Notes: generated from the sequence alone by a model not told the origin. Positions 1-10,443 are shown, counted from the whole stretch's first letter. The stretch: DNA of 60,486 nt, filler included, from a bacterium UBP13_UBA5359 (GCA_002410925.1; 4 parts of 4 records of this genome joined end to end with filler, not necessarily neighbours in it), one strand, 5' to 3'. Translations and numbers: made by a program.

Positions 1-1
1 C

Positions 2-628
2 GCCTTTAGCACTGGGCTCCTAGAGGATTTTGACGCTGTAAACCAAAAAACAATATCACTCAGGCGTAAATCATTGAATATTCATTCAAATGATTTAGTA
101 ATAGGATTTGTTGGCAGGATAGCTAAGGTAAAAGGTCTAGATGTTTTATTAAAGGCTGTTAGTAAACTTAACAGATCTGATATTAAGGTTATTTTATCTG
201 GGCCGGATTTTGGGGCAATGGAAGCCCTTAAGGAGTTAGCTGTTATCGTAGGTATTGCTGATAAGGTGCATTTCTTAGGTTCTCAGAGTAAAAAAAACCT
301 TCCTTATATATTTCATATGTGTGATATTTTAACGCTTCCTTCTTATGGAGGAGAATCTTTTGGTATAACGCTTATAGAGGCCATGGCCTGCAGAAAACCT
401 GTCATCGGTTCTGCAACGGGTGGGATACCAGAATTAATTAATGATGGTATGAATGGCTTTATTTTTAAAGTTGGATCTGTTGATCAACTTGCAGAGAAGA
501 TTAATACCCTATCTAGAGATCCTAAAGCTCGCACTGTTATGGGATCTAACGGAAGATCTATGGTTGAGGCTTGCTATACTTGGGATATTGTTGCAGATAA
601 ATATATGTCCCTATTTCATGGTCAGTGA
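2..628 (+). CDS. Glycosyltransferase family 4 (GT-B), 5'-truncated by window edge
   Basis: Frame open from base 2; GFVGRIAKVKG and ESFGITLIEAMACRKPVI motifs. Confidence 0.9.
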   Translation, partial: AFSTGLLEDFDAVNQKTISLRRKSLNIHSNDLVIGFVGRIAKVKGLDVLLKAVSKLNRSDIKVILSGPDFGAMEALKELAVIVGIADKVHFLGSQSKKNLPYIFHMCDILTLPSYGGESFGITLIEAMACRKPVIGSATGGIPELINDGMNGFIFKVGSVDQLAEKINTLSRDPKARTVMGSNGRSMVEACYTWDIVADKYMSLFHGQ

Positions 629-647
629 ATTAAGGAGAATCTATCAA

Positions 648-1628
648 ATGAATGTTTCAATAATAACAACGGTTTTAAATGAAGCGGATAATATCGAAAG
701 GTTTTTGTGTTCAGTTTTAGCGCAGACACTAATGCCGTATGAGATTATAGTCGTTGATGGCGGATCGACCGATGGAACCGTTGATATTATTTCTGATCTG
801 GCTGCTAAACATAGCAATCTAAAATTAATTGTAATTAAAGGAGCTAACCGTTCTATGGGGCGTAATGCGGCAATAGATAATTCACTAAGCGATATAATCG
901 TTTGTGTTGATGCCGGCTGCTACTTTATGCCTGATTGGCTTGAAAATTTACTAAAGCCGCTTAGAGATGATTGTGTCGGGCTTGCTTTCGGCCTTTGTAC
1001 AGCTCAGACTCGTAATATTTTTCAAGAGTGTTTATCTGTTTTTGGCGCACCTCGTTCTGAAGATATCGATGCCAATACATTTTTACCATCAAGCCGGTCT
1101 ATCGCTTTTCGTAAGGAATACTGGAAGAAGGCTGGCGGTTATCCGGAGCAATACTATAAAAATGAAGATACTCCGTTTGATATAGCCTTAAAGAAGGTAG
1201 GATGCCATTTTGCTCTAGCAAAAGAAGCAAAATTTCTATGGGAGCCTAGATGTAATTTCCAAGAGTTGTTTCGGCAGCAATATAATTATGCGGTGGGTGA
1301 TGGTGAAGGCAGAATTCTTTTTCCTGTCTATTGGAAAACTTCTGCTTTTTATCTTGGCATTTTGCTATTAATTAGTATTATTTTAATGCAAAAGATGTGT
1401 TTTTTTCTATTGGTACCTTTGATAATCATAATAGGTTACCATTTTAGATACTTTTATATTGGGAAGAAACGCTTAGGGAAAAAGAATATATTTTGGCCGA
1501 TGCTAAAAGTTATAACGGGTATGGATTTAGGAAATGTATTGGGATTCTGGAAAGGGTATATCTGGTCGATTGTAAATAGGCGTTCCTTTTGTAATATGAA
1601 AGATCGAATACAAGACATTGGGCGATAA
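648..1628 (+). CDS. Glycosyltransferase family 2 with C-terminal TM segments
   Basis: MNVSIITTVLNEA..EIIVVDGGSTDGT, VDAG; AGGAG RBS before ATG 648. Confidence 0.9.
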   Translation: MNVSIITTVLNEADNIERFLCSVLAQTLMPYEIIVVDGGSTDGTVDIISDLAAKHSNLKLIVIKGANRSMGRNAAIDNSLSDIIVCVDAGCYFMPDWLENLLKPLRDDCVGLAFGLCTAQTRNIFQECLSVFGAPRSEDIDANTFLPSSRSIAFRKEYWKKAGGYPEQYYKNEDTPFDIALKKVGCHFALAKEAKFLWEPRCNFQELFRQQYNYAVGDGEGRILFPVYWKTSAFYLGILLLISIILMQKMCFFLLVPLIIIIGYHFRYFYIGKKRLGKKNIFWPMLKVITGMDLGNVLGFWKGYIWSIVNRRSFCNMKDRIQDIGR

Positions 1629-1629
1629 T

Positions 1630-2715
1630 ATGCATATTGGACATATAACCACAGATTATCTACCTATTACCGGTGGTGCGGAAGCTTATGTGAATGATCT
1701 GATTAATATTCTGCAGCCGGCTGAGCAGATGATATATCAGCTTGATACCGGTATAGTGGCTAATAACATTAGGCCGGTATGGCATCTGCCTGAAGGAATA
1801 CGCAGGCGCCCTATCGATGTTTGGCTGTATGGACTCTTTCTTATGCGATACATTAAGGAATTGAAGCATCAGGATGCGTTGATTGTTCATTATGGGCTGT
1901 ATTATCCTTTATTATCATGGCATAGCAAATCAGTAGTGGTTTCCCACGGAGTGGAATGGATAGTTCCTCCGAATACTATCTCACATTGCATTAGAAGGTG
2001 GGCTGCCAAAAAGGCATTTAAGAGTGCATACAGGTTAGTGGCAAATGATAGTGATTTTTATCGCCAAATGGGATTAAATATTGCTCCGGGTGAATTATTA
2101 TTTCAAGAGGTTGCTCCCGGTCGCTGGTTTATTCCTAATTGCGTGGATACCAATATATTCAAACCCACTGTAATAATGCCGGAATTAAAGAGTATAAAAG
2201 CTATTCTTCTGCCTAGAAATATACATCCCCGCAGGGGGATCCATTTGGCCATAAGGGCATTGCCTAGGATGCTTCAAGTGCATCCTGAATTAAAGCTGGT
2301 AGTAGCCGGGCAGTTTGTTGATCATGCTTATCGAGTGGAGATAGCACATATTATAGATGAATTGAAGTTGCATGATAGCATAATATTTTTGGGTAGTATT
2401 CCCAGGCAGGATATGCCTTCTCTCTATTCATCAGCTCTATTGACTGTAGTGCCAAGTATCTTGGGAGAAGGAACATCGCTTGCTGCTTTGGAAAGTATGG
2501 CCTGTGGTACACCGACTATATCTACCAGCATAGGCGGCTTGGCAGATCTTCCTACAGAGAAATGCTTGCTGGATGAACGGTCTTTGGCGGAAGTAGTTGT
2601 AGATGTTCTGCAGCGTAGGGATGAAGTGGCAAAATGCCAGAAAGAGATAGTGAGACAGCACTTCAGTATATCTAATTGGAGAAACGCATGGCGAAGAGTT
2701 TTAGGATTAGATTAA
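1630..2715 (+). CDS. Glycosyltransferase family 4
   Basis: GGAEAY N-terminal motif, IPNCVD, EGTSLAALESMACGTP. Confidence 0.88.
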   Translation: MHIGHITTDYLPITGGAEAYVNDLINILQPAEQMIYQLDTGIVANNIRPVWHLPEGIRRRPIDVWLYGLFLMRYIKELKHQDALIVHYGLYYPLLSWHSKSVVVSHGVEWIVPPNTISHCIRRWAAKKAFKSAYRLVANDSDFYRQMGLNIAPGELLFQEVAPGRWFIPNCVDTNIFKPTVIMPELKSIKAILLPRNIHPRRGIHLAIRALPRMLQVHPELKLVVAGQFVDHAYRVEIAHIIDELKLHDSIIFLGSIPRQDMPSLYSSALLTVVPSILGEGTSLAALESMACGTPTISTSIGGLADLPTEKCLLDERSLAEVVVDVLQRRDEVAKCQKEIVRQHFSISNWRNAWRRVLGLD

Positions 2716-2991
2716 TATTAATCTAATCCTGCGTATTGTATATGTGAAGAAAAAGACGCTTTTTTTTACCGGTCTTGTTTACAATGTCGATAACCAAGCT
2801 GCAGGATAGCGCTTTGCCGTAAATCTCTGCGACCTTGCTTATGGCTTTCAGGCTTTTTGCATTTTCTATTTTTGTGTTTATAATGATGATAATATTAATG
2901 GTTATTGGCCTCTAACTCATTAGGATTGATTTCAAAATGAGGGTTTATTGTTTATAGAGTCTTAAAATAGCCAGCGTAGGAGTTATTGAAT

Positions 2992-4074
2992 ATGGCGTGC
3001 TCAAAAGTTACTGTCATAAAGACCAGCCCGGAAAGTATTCTAACCGATATATCCTCCATGATGAAGACGGCAGATATGGAACAGGCTCTGGATAAAAACG
3101 CCGTTACGATACTCAAGGATAATATCTCCTGGCACTTTCCCTATTTAAGCGCTAATACCACCCCCTGGCAATTGGAGGGGACCATTCTGGCGCTGAAGGA
3201 GGCGGGCTATAAGGATATAGTATCGGTACACAACAACACGGTGGTCACCAATCCTTACAAGGGAGAGGAGCTCAACCGGCTGGCTCCGCTGTATAAAAAA
3301 TACGGCATAGAGGAGCTTTACAACTTTATCCCGGAAGATATCAACTGGATTGCCTACGAGCCCAAGGCTGAAATGCGTGTGCTGCACAAAGTGTTCCCTG
3401 AAGGTATTATGATACCGGAATACTTTATCGGCAAGAATGTCATCCACCTGCCAACGGTTAAGACGCATATCTACACTACCACCACCGGCGCCATGAAGAA
3501 TGCCTTCGGCGGACTACTCAATACCAGGCGCCATTATACGCACAGTGTTATCCACGAAACGCTGTGCGATTTGCTGGCTATTCAGCAGGAGATACACAGC
3601 GGTATCTTTGCTGTCATGGACGGCACCATCTGTGGTAGCGGTCCCGGACCCCGGACGATGATACCGCATGAAAAGGATTATATGCTGGCCTCTTCCGACA
3701 GTGTGGCCATTGATGCCGTAGCCGCAAAAATGATGGGGTTTGACCCCATGACCATTCCCTACATACGCATGGCGCATGAGAGCGGATTGGGTACTGGGGT
3801 TATAGAGGAAATTGAGATAGCGGGCGAGGACATATCCGGCATCGATTTTAAGTTCAGCGTTGGCGATAATACGGCCAGCAAGGTAGGGGATCTCTGCTGG
3901 TTTGGGCCGTTGAAGGGATTGCAGCGCCTCTTCTTTCATACTCCGCTGGTGAATATATTCATCTTCGGCTCCTTCTTCTATCATGACTATATTTGGTGGC
4001 CGTTGAAGGGCAAGCGCATTCAGCGCCGACGTGTGGCCTCTACCAAATGGGGCAGACTTTTTGAGAAGTATTAG
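2992..4074 (+). CDS. DUF362 domain protein
   Basis: LKDNISW, LPTVKTH..TTGAMKNAFG, DGTICGSGPGP, D.VAIDAVAAKMMGFDP pattern. Confidence 0.8.
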   Translation: MACSKVTVIKTSPESILTDISSMMKTADMEQALDKNAVTILKDNISWHFPYLSANTTPWQLEGTILALKEAGYKDIVSVHNNTVVTNPYKGEELNRLAPLYKKYGIEELYNFIPEDINWIAYEPKAEMRVLHKVFPEGIMIPEYFIGKNVIHLPTVKTHIYTTTTGAMKNAFGGLLNTRRHYTHSVIHETLCDLLAIQQEIHSGIFAVMDGTICGSGPGPRTMIPHEKDYMLASSDSVAIDAVAAKMMGFDPMTIPYIRMAHESGLGTGVIEEIEIAGEDISGIDFKFSVGDNTASKVGDLCWFGPLKGLQRLFFHTPLVNIFIFGSFFYHDYIWWPLKGKRIQRRRVASTKWGRLFEKY

Positions 4075-4149
4075 AGATGGGAAGGTTCTCTATGAGAGAA
4101 TTGCCTGATCGTATACAAAAAATTAACCGATGGCTGGAAAAGGCGGGGC

Positions 4150-5259
4150 ATGGCTACAAAACTGGCAATTAACAACCAACAACCAACAACTGCGTCTGAA
4201 GAGCGCAGCATAGTAGCTGTCTATGATGTGAATTCCGGAAAGGAGCAAGATTGCCATCAGAGTATCCTGGAGGCCGTGGCTCAGGCGATGGAGTCGGCCT
4301 GCTGGCGTGAATTCATAACGCCAAAAGCGGATGTATCCTTGAAAGTCAATTTGGGATGGGATTGTTTTATGCCTGGAGCGGTTACCTCTCCCTGGGTTCT
4401 GGAGGGTGTGGTAAGGGTCATTCGGGATTATGCCGGGCGCATATACGTGGTGGAATCAGATCAGGTTCTGGTAAGTGCGGACAAGGCATTGCAATGCAGC
4501 GGCATAGGCGAGATGTGCCGCCTGCTGGGAGTGGAATGGGTTAATATGAGCCGTTTGCAGGAGAGGGCGGTATCGCTTGAAGAGGGATATATATTCAAAA
4601 GCGTAATGGTGCCGGAAATCCTGTTGCGTACAGAGGTTATAACTATTCCTGTAATGAAAACGCATAACAAGACAGTGATCACCGGTTCATTGAAGAATCA
4701 GTGGGGGTGCATAGGCAAGCTGCGGCATAATTATCATCCGGTGGTGCATCAGGCCATTGCCGATGTCAATCGGGCGGTGCACCCGCGTTTTGCCGTCATG
4801 GACGGCACCGTAGGCATGGAAGGTAATGCACCCAAATCAGGAAGGCCGCGTATAGCCGATTTAATTCTGGCCTCCGGCGATCTGGTGGCTCTGGATACGG
4901 TGCAGAGTTTAATAACAGGTTTTGATCCCGGCGCTGTAAAGCATCTGGAGTTCTCTTCTGCGGCCGGATTAGGGGCAAATAAGCTTGAAAGCATCGAGAT
5001 AAGGGGCAGAAACATCGATGGCTTGAATCTGGCCTTTATGCCTGCCGTTGATAATCTGGTATCCAGAGTGGAAGTGATGCTGCGTTCATCCATATGGCGC
5101 AGGCTTGTCTTTGATACCGGGCTCTTCGATTTTTTCTGCTGGGGCGCTAATATCTGGTATGCAATCTGGCTTGCCTTGCATGGGCATGCTCTGCGAAAGA
5201 TTGCTATGGATAGCCCGTATGGACGGCAATGGCGCGGTAAGGGGAGAGATAGCGGATGA
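4150..5259 (+). CDS. DUF362 domain protein (paralog)
   Basis: LKVNL, IPVMKTH..ITGSLKNQWG, DGTVGMEGNAP, DLVALD. Confidence 0.8.
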   Translation: MATKLAINNQQPTTASEERSIVAVYDVNSGKEQDCHQSILEAVAQAMESACWREFITPKADVSLKVNLGWDCFMPGAVTSPWVLEGVVRVIRDYAGRIYVVESDQVLVSADKALQCSGIGEMCRLLGVEWVNMSRLQERAVSLEEGYIFKSVMVPEILLRTEVITIPVMKTHNKTVITGSLKNQWGCIGKLRHNYHPVVHQAIADVNRAVHPRFAVMDGTVGMEGNAPKSGRPRIADLILASGDLVALDTVQSLITGFDPGAVKHLEFSSAAGLGANKLESIEIRGRNIDGLNLAFMPAVDNLVSRVEVMLRSSIWRRLVFDTGLFDFFCWGANIWYAIWLALHGHALRKIAMDSPYGRQWRGKGRDSG

Positions 5260-6578
5260 ATGATGTCCTGGTTATAGGAGGAGGCATAGCAGGGTTGGCA
5301 GCGGCTATGGAACTTGCCGAGCAGGGGTATTCAGTTGTAGTGTATGAGAAGGAGCCTGTTTTGGGCGGATTGGCAGCTGCCGTTGAATTTGATGGTCGTA
5401 TCATCGATAAGTACTATCATTTTCTCTGTGGCGGTGATGATGACTGGGTGAAACTCTGTCGGCGGCTGGGAATAGAAGACCGGCTTGAATGGAGGGCTTC
5501 GCATACCAGCATCTTTTACAACGGCAGGTTATATCCCTTTGCCACTGCGCTTGACCTGCTCTGCTTCAGTCCGGTTGATATTCTTGGCCGCATAAGGATT
5601 GGAATAAATGCTCTTTCTTCCAGATTTATAGATGATTGGAGAGGGCTGGACGGCATCACTGCTAAAGAATGGCTTATCTCGCGTATGGGATTGCAGACGT
5701 ATGAAGTAATCTGGGAGCCCTTGCTGAGGATCAAATTTGGACATTGCCATGAACAAATTTCAGCAGCCTGGATCTGGCATCGTATATTTCGTTTGGCGGA
5801 GTCCAGAAAGGGAATTTTTAAGTATGAAAGGCTCGGATATTTGCAAGGCGGCATGCAGACTCTCTGGCGGGCGCTTCTATCTCGTATAGAAAGTCTGGGC
5901 GGAAAGGTAATTACCGGAGCGGCGGTTGATGGTATAATAGCTGATGGCGACAGGGTGGCTGGCGTTATTGTCGGTAAAGAAGTGGTATCTGCCCGGGCGG
6001 TGCTGTCGGCTGTTCCGTTGCCCGTACTGGCAGGGCTGTTGCCGGCCGGTCAGAGGGAGTTTGCGGATAAGCTGTGCGCTATAGATTTTATTGGCGTTGT
6101 TTGTGCTGTGTTGAAGATAAAAGGCAGATTGACGGATAGCTTCTGGATAAATACCAATGATCCCGGGATAGCTTTTAATGGCTTTATCGAATATTCCAAT
6201 CTCAATCCCGGATTCTTTGGCGATGGTTCGGGCGCTGTATATGTGCCTTTTTATCTTGAGGCTGATTCTGATCGCTTCAACAGAAGCGATAAATCGCTGA
6301 TTGAAGAGTACGTTGGGGCGTTGGGCAGAGTGCGGCCTGGTTTTAGCGCTGATGATGTGGAGGTGGCGGCGGTTTATCGTGACCGCTATGCGCAGGCGGT
6401 ATGCACTGCCGGCTTTGCCGGTAAAGTACCGCCGCATGCCGCTCCGCTGAAAGGCCTGTATCTGATAGATTCTACGCAGCTCTATCCTTCGGACAGGACG
6501 GTCAGCGGCACAATAGGGCTGGCCCATGATGCTGTGGCAATTATGAGCCGGTGGATGACTGAAGGAGGGATAGAATGA
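5256..6578 (+). CDS. FAD-dependent oxidoreductase (HemY/amine oxidase-like)
   Basis: GGGIAGLAAA..YEKEPVLGGLA dinucleotide fold; coupled to rmlB. Confidence 0.8.
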   Translation: MNDVLVIGGGIAGLAAAMELAEQGYSVVVYEKEPVLGGLAAAVEFDGRIIDKYYHFLCGGDDDWVKLCRRLGIEDRLEWRASHTSIFYNGRLYPFATALDLLCFSPVDILGRIRIGINALSSRFIDDWRGLDGITAKEWLISRMGLQTYEVIWEPLLRIKFGHCHEQISAAWIWHRIFRLAESRKGIFKYERLGYLQGGMQTLWRALLSRIESLGGKVITGAAVDGIIADGDRVAGVIVGKEVVSARAVLSAVPLPVLAGLLPAGQREFADKLCAIDFIGVVCAVLKIKGRLTDSFWINTNDPGIAFNGFIEYSNLNPGFFGDGSGAVYVPFYLEADSDRFNRSDKSLIEEYVGALGRVRPGFSADDVEVAAVYRDRYAQAVCTAGFAGKVPPHAAPLKGLYLIDSTQLYPSDRTVSGTIGLAHDAVAIMSRWMTEGGIE

Positions 6579-7579
6579 AGCTTCTGGTTACTGGCGGGGC
6601 TGGATTTATCGGCAGCAATTTCATCAGATACTATCTTGATGCCTATCCGCAGGATGAGATAGTGAATTTTGATGTGCTGACTTATGCCGGCAACCTGGAG
6701 AATCTGGCAGGTATAGATAAGAACGAGCGCTACGCCTTTATCAAGGGCGATATAACCGATGCGGCAGTTGTAGCCGCAGCCATGAGAGGTGTCGAGGCCG
6801 TAATCAATTTTGCGGCTGAATCTCATGTGGATCGCAGCATTGAGGAGCCGGAGGTATTCGTAACCACAAATACGATGGGTACGCAGATACTTCTGGAAGC
6901 GGCCAGGGCACAGGGTATCTGCAGGTATCTGCAGGTTTCTACGGATGAAGTATACGGCAGCCTGGGGCAGGAGGGATGCTTTACCGAAGAAACGCCGTTG
7001 GCGCCTAACAGCCCGTATTCGGCCAGCAAGGCCGGTGCTGATCTGCTGGTGAGAGCTTATTGTCATACTTTTGGCATGGATACGGTTATTACGCGCTGCT
7101 CCAATAATTACGGGCCTTACCAGTTCCCGGAAAAGCTTATTCCGCTGATGATTGCCAATGCTCTTGAGGATAAGCCGCTTCCGGTTTACGGAGATGGTCT
7201 GAACATCAGGGATTGGCTGTATGTTGAGGATCACTGCCGGGGAATAGATGCCGCTTTGCATAAGGGCAAGGCGGGAGAGGTGTATAACTTCGGCGGCGCC
7301 GGTGAGCGTTCCAATATTTGGATAGTCAAATCCATTCTGTCGTTGCTTGGCAAGCCTGAAAGTCTTATCAGCTATGTCAAGGATCGGCCGGGGCATGACA
7401 GACGTTACGCCATAGATTTCAGCAAGGCGGTTCGTGAGCTGGACTGGCGGCCTGAAACCGATCTTAACGAAGGGCTGCGTTGCACGGTGGCATGGTATTT
7501 GGATAACCGCGAATGGTGGGAGCGCGTGCGCAGTGGCGATTACCGGGAATACTACGCCAGGATGTATGGCAACCGATAA
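6575..7579 (+). CDS. rfbB: dTDP-glucose 4,6-dehydratase
   Basis: TGGAGFIG, AAESHVDRS, STDEVYG, YSASK, DRPGHDRRY. Confidence 0.96.
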   Translation: MKLLVTGGAGFIGSNFIRYYLDAYPQDEIVNFDVLTYAGNLENLAGIDKNERYAFIKGDITDAAVVAAAMRGVEAVINFAAESHVDRSIEEPEVFVTTNTMGTQILLEAARAQGICRYLQVSTDEVYGSLGQEGCFTEETPLAPNSPYSASKAGADLLVRAYCHTFGMDTVITRCSNNYGPYQFPEKLIPLMIANALEDKPLPVYGDGLNIRDWLYVEDHCRGIDAALHKGKAGEVYNFGGAGERSNIWIVKSILSLLGKPESLISYVKDRPGHDRRYAIDFSKAVRELDWRPETDLNEGLRCTVAWYLDNREWWERVRSGDYREYYARMYGNR

Positions 7580-7611
7580 CCGCGCCCACAGGGCGTATAG
7601 AGGAGGCTGTG

Positions 7612-8067
7612 ATGATAGAAGGAGTCAGCACCAGAAGGCTTAATCCGATATCCGATGAGCGGGGCTATCTAATGGAGATGCTGCGCAGCGATTGGGAAGA
7701 GTTCGGCAAAGTAGGTCAGGTCTATGTAACGGCGGTTTATAAGGGAGTGGTTAAAGGTTGGCACTACCATAAGATACAGACGGACAGGTTCATCTGTCTG
7801 CAGGGCATGGCTAAAGTTGTGCTCTATGACAGCCGCCCTGAATCGCCTACATATGGTCGGATTAATGAGTTTTTCATGGGTGAGAAAAATCCGTTGCTGC
7901 TGGTCATACCGCCTATGGTGATGCATGGTTTCAAGGGGATTGCGGGTGATACGACACTGATAGTCAATGTGCCCACAGAGCTTTACAATTACTCCAATCC
8001 CGATGAGCACCGCCTGCCGTATGATACTGAGCAGATACCTTATGATTGGGGTATAAAGATGGGGTGA
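7612..8067 (+). CDS. dTDP-4-dehydrorhamnose 3,5-epimerase family (RmlC-like cupin)
   Basis: DERGYLMEM, GVVKGWHYH, IPPMVMHGFK; GGAGG RBS. Confidence 0.85.
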   Translation: MIEGVSTRRLNPISDERGYLMEMLRSDWEEFGKVGQVYVTAVYKGVVKGWHYHKIQTDRFICLQGMAKVVLYDSRPESPTYGRINEFFMGEKNPLLLVIPPMVMHGFKGIAGDTTLIVNVPTELYNYSNPDEHRLPYDTEQIPYDWGIKMG

Positions 8068-8072
8068 GGAAG

Positions 8073-8453
8073 ATGTATAAAATAAGTGTCGAGGGGCAAT
8101 TTGACGCCGCTCATTTCCTGCGCGGCTATCAGGGAAGCTGTGAAAACCTGCACGGGCATACGTATACGGTCAGGGCTGTGGCTGCCAGGAATAAGCTGGA
8201 TCGCCTGGGTTTGGTGTTGGATTTCAAGGAGATGCGGCGTATTCTTCACATTGCCATTGATGAAATGGATCATACGCTGCTCAACGATCTGGAAGTCTTT
8301 AAAGATCGCAACCCTTCGGCTGAACATATTGCTGCTCATGTATACGCGGTTATGCAGCCTCTGGTGGAGCTTCAGGGGGCTGATCTTCTGGAAGTGACCA
8401 TCTGGGAAACACCGGGTAATTCTATTACCTATTCAGAGGAGCGTCAGGAATGA
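8073..8453 (+). CDS. queD: 6-carboxy-5,6,7,8-tetrahydropterin synthase
   Basis: FDAAHFL..CENLHGHTY, DHTLLND, PSAEHIA, WETP. Confidence 0.93.
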   Translation: MYKISVEGQFDAAHFLRGYQGSCENLHGHTYTVRAVAARNKLDRLGLVLDFKEMRRILHIAIDEMDHTLLNDLEVFKDRNPSAEHIAAHVYAVMQPLVELQGADLLEVTIWETPGNSITYSEERQE

Positions 8454-9133
8454 GGAGCGTTGTATTACTCTCAGGAGGGTTGGATTCCACGGTATCATTC
8501 ACCAGGGCCATGCAAGAGGGCGAATGTGCCGTAGTTATCCATTTTGACTATGGACAGCTGGCAGCTGGTCCGGAGGCCGAGGCAGCTCGCAGGATGGCGG
8601 CAAGGTTTTCCATTCCCTTTCAGTTGATTGATCTTCCCTGGCTGGGTAGAATATCTCAGGCGGAGATAACCGGCGGGAAGGTTACGCCGGCTGTCCGGAA
8701 AGATCTGGAGGGTTCACCTGCGGAGAGATCTGTTCGCCGTTTATGGGTGCCGAATCGCAACGGCCTTTTCATAAATATCGGGGCGGCATATGCCGAATCT
8801 CTGGAAGCCGATCAGATTGTTACCGGTTTCAATGCTGAAGAAGCGGCTGTTTTCCCTGATAATTCTCTGGAATATGTCGAGGCGGCCAATCGTGCGTTAT
8901 GGTACTCTACGTTGAGCCATGTGCGTGTGCATAGCTATACTCAGGGGCTGACTAAAAAGGAGATTGTCGCTCTGGGAAGATCTATAGGCGCACCTTTAAA
9001 GGATATATGGAGCTGCTATGGGGGCGGCCCGGCCATGTGCTGGAATTGCCCGTCCTGTATGCGGCTGCGGCAGGCATTGGAGGAAGATGGAAGCTGGGAT
9101 TGGTTTTCCGGTGAAATAAAGGGTGGTGAATAA
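8450..9133 (+). CDS. queC: 7-cyano-7-deazaguanine synthase
   Basis: SGGLDS PP-loop, VPNRN, FPD, WSCY..CxxCxSC zinc site. Confidence 0.93.
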   Translation: MRSVVLLSGGLDSTVSFTRAMQEGECAVVIHFDYGQLAAGPEAEAARRMAARFSIPFQLIDLPWLGRISQAEITGGKVTPAVRKDLEGSPAERSVRRLWVPNRNGLFINIGAAYAESLEADQIVTGFNAEEAAVFPDNSLEYVEAANRALWYSTLSHVRVHSYTQGLTKKEIVALGRSIGAPLKDIWSCYGGGPAMCWNCPSCMRLRQALEEDGSWDWFSGEIKGGE

Positions 9134-9692
9134 AGTGCTGCATCGCTATATAACGGAAGAGATTGAGTATACCGGAGAGCAGTTGAGATCTCTCTGGGCG
9201 TTTAAGGAATTTGATTTGCAGGGCGATTCAATAGTGGCTTTTGCCGGGCCCTGTCATGTTCGCGGCCTGCGTATGGTAGATCAGGCAGACGTCAAAGATG
9301 GCCTGCATATTTACAGCGAGAGCATGCTTCATTTTATTGCCGAGCATTTTGATATGGACCTGGAAAAGACGATATGCAGGCAGCGCTTGCTAGTCAGCCT
9401 GGCGCAGGATCTGCTGATGAGGCAGGTCAGGGCGTTACGGGTGCAACGAGAAGGAGATGATCTTTATGCTGAAGGCTGCAAGATGTCTGTTTCTATAGCC
9501 ACGCTGACTCCGGTTTCCACCATTATGCACTTCGGCATTAATATCAGCAGCGCCAATACTCCTGTGGCTACCAAAGGTCTGGATGATTTTGACATAGTGG
9601 CCTATATGTTTGCCGAGGAGTTGCTGGATAGATATGTAGCGGAAATGGAAGAAATACAGCTTGCCAGGGCAAAGGTGCGAGGGGTGGAATGA
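9123..9692 (+). CDS. DUF366 family protein (lipoate/biotin ligase-like fold)
   Basis: YTGEQLRSLW, GDSIVAF.GPC, MLHFIAEHF, REGDDLY, KMSVSIAT, HFGINI. Confidence 0.8.
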   Translation: MVNKVLHRYITEEIEYTGEQLRSLWAFKEFDLQGDSIVAFAGPCHVRGLRMVDQADVKDGLHIYSESMLHFIAEHFDMDLEKTICRQRLLVSLAQDLLMRQVRALRVQREGDDLYAEGCKMSVSIATLTPVSTIMHFGINISSANTPVATKGLDDFDIVAYMFAEELLDRYVAEMEEIQLARAKVRGVE

Positions 9693-9693
9693 A

Positions 9694-10443
9694 ATGGCTT
9701 TGAAGGCGGCGGAGGTATTCTCCTCCATCCAGGGGGAAGGCTTATATGCCGGAGCGAGGCAGGTTTTTTTGAGGCTTTCCGGTTGCAATCTTAAATGCCG
9801 TTACTGCGATACGCCGGAAACCAGAGAGGCGCCGTCGGTAGTAATGGTGGAAAGCAAGCCGGCCGGCGGTGATTTTTATGAAATCGCCAATCCAATTGCC
9901 GTAGAGATGATGGCTGATATCCTGATAAAGATATATGGCCGCAGGAAGCTGCATCATTCTTTAAGTATAACGGGAGGCGAGCCGTTGTTGCAGGTTGATG
10001 CTCTTCTGAAGTTGCTGCCGCCTCTTCGTGAGAAGGGTGTACGTATTTATCTGGAGACTAACGGCACCTTGCCGGAGGCCATGCGTCGGCTGGCTCCGGT
10101 CACGGATATAGTGGCTATGGACATCAAGCTGGAGACTGCCGCCGGAGTGAAGGTGCCGCATGAGGTGCAGCGTCGTTTTATTGAAGAAGCCAGGGGGACG
10201 GATCTCTTTTTGAAGATGGTCGTAACGGCAGGAACCGATAGGGTTGAGTTCATGGATACGGTGCAGTGGCTGGCAAAGTTTGCTGCGGATATACCTCTGA
10301 TATTGCAGCCGGTAACTCCCTTTGGCGATATACGCGGGTGGTTGCCGCCTCATATGCTGATTACGTATATTGACGCTGCTTCCGAAGTGCTGGAGAGTGT
10401 CAGAGCCATCCCCCAGATGCATAAATTATTGGGACAGCTATAG
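9694..10443 (+). CDS. queE: 7-carboxy-7-deazaguanine synthase (radical SAM)
   Basis: FSSIQGEG, CNLKCRYC, TGGEPLLQ, ETNG, PQMHK. Confidence 0.92.
   Translation: MALKAAEVFSSIQGEGLYAGARQVFLRLSGCNLKCRYCDTPETREAPSVVMVESKPAGGDFYEIANPIAVEMMADILIKIYGRRKLHHSLSITGGEPLLQVDALLKLLPPLREKGVRIYLETNGTLPEAMRRLAPVTDIVAMDIKLETAAGVKVPHEVQRRFIEEARGTDLFLKMVVTAGTDRVEFMDTVQWLAKFAADIPLILQPVTPFGDIRGWLPPHMLITYIDAASEVLESVRAIPQMHKLLGQL

Noticed and set aside
6482-7396. Long antisense ORFs (also 25898-26740, 28197-29009, 18980-19741)
   Set aside because: Shadows of well-supported plus-strand genes with no motifs of their own
8040-8075. preQ1 riboswitch before queD
   Set aside because: No intergenic space; queD follows the rmlC-like gene within 5 bp
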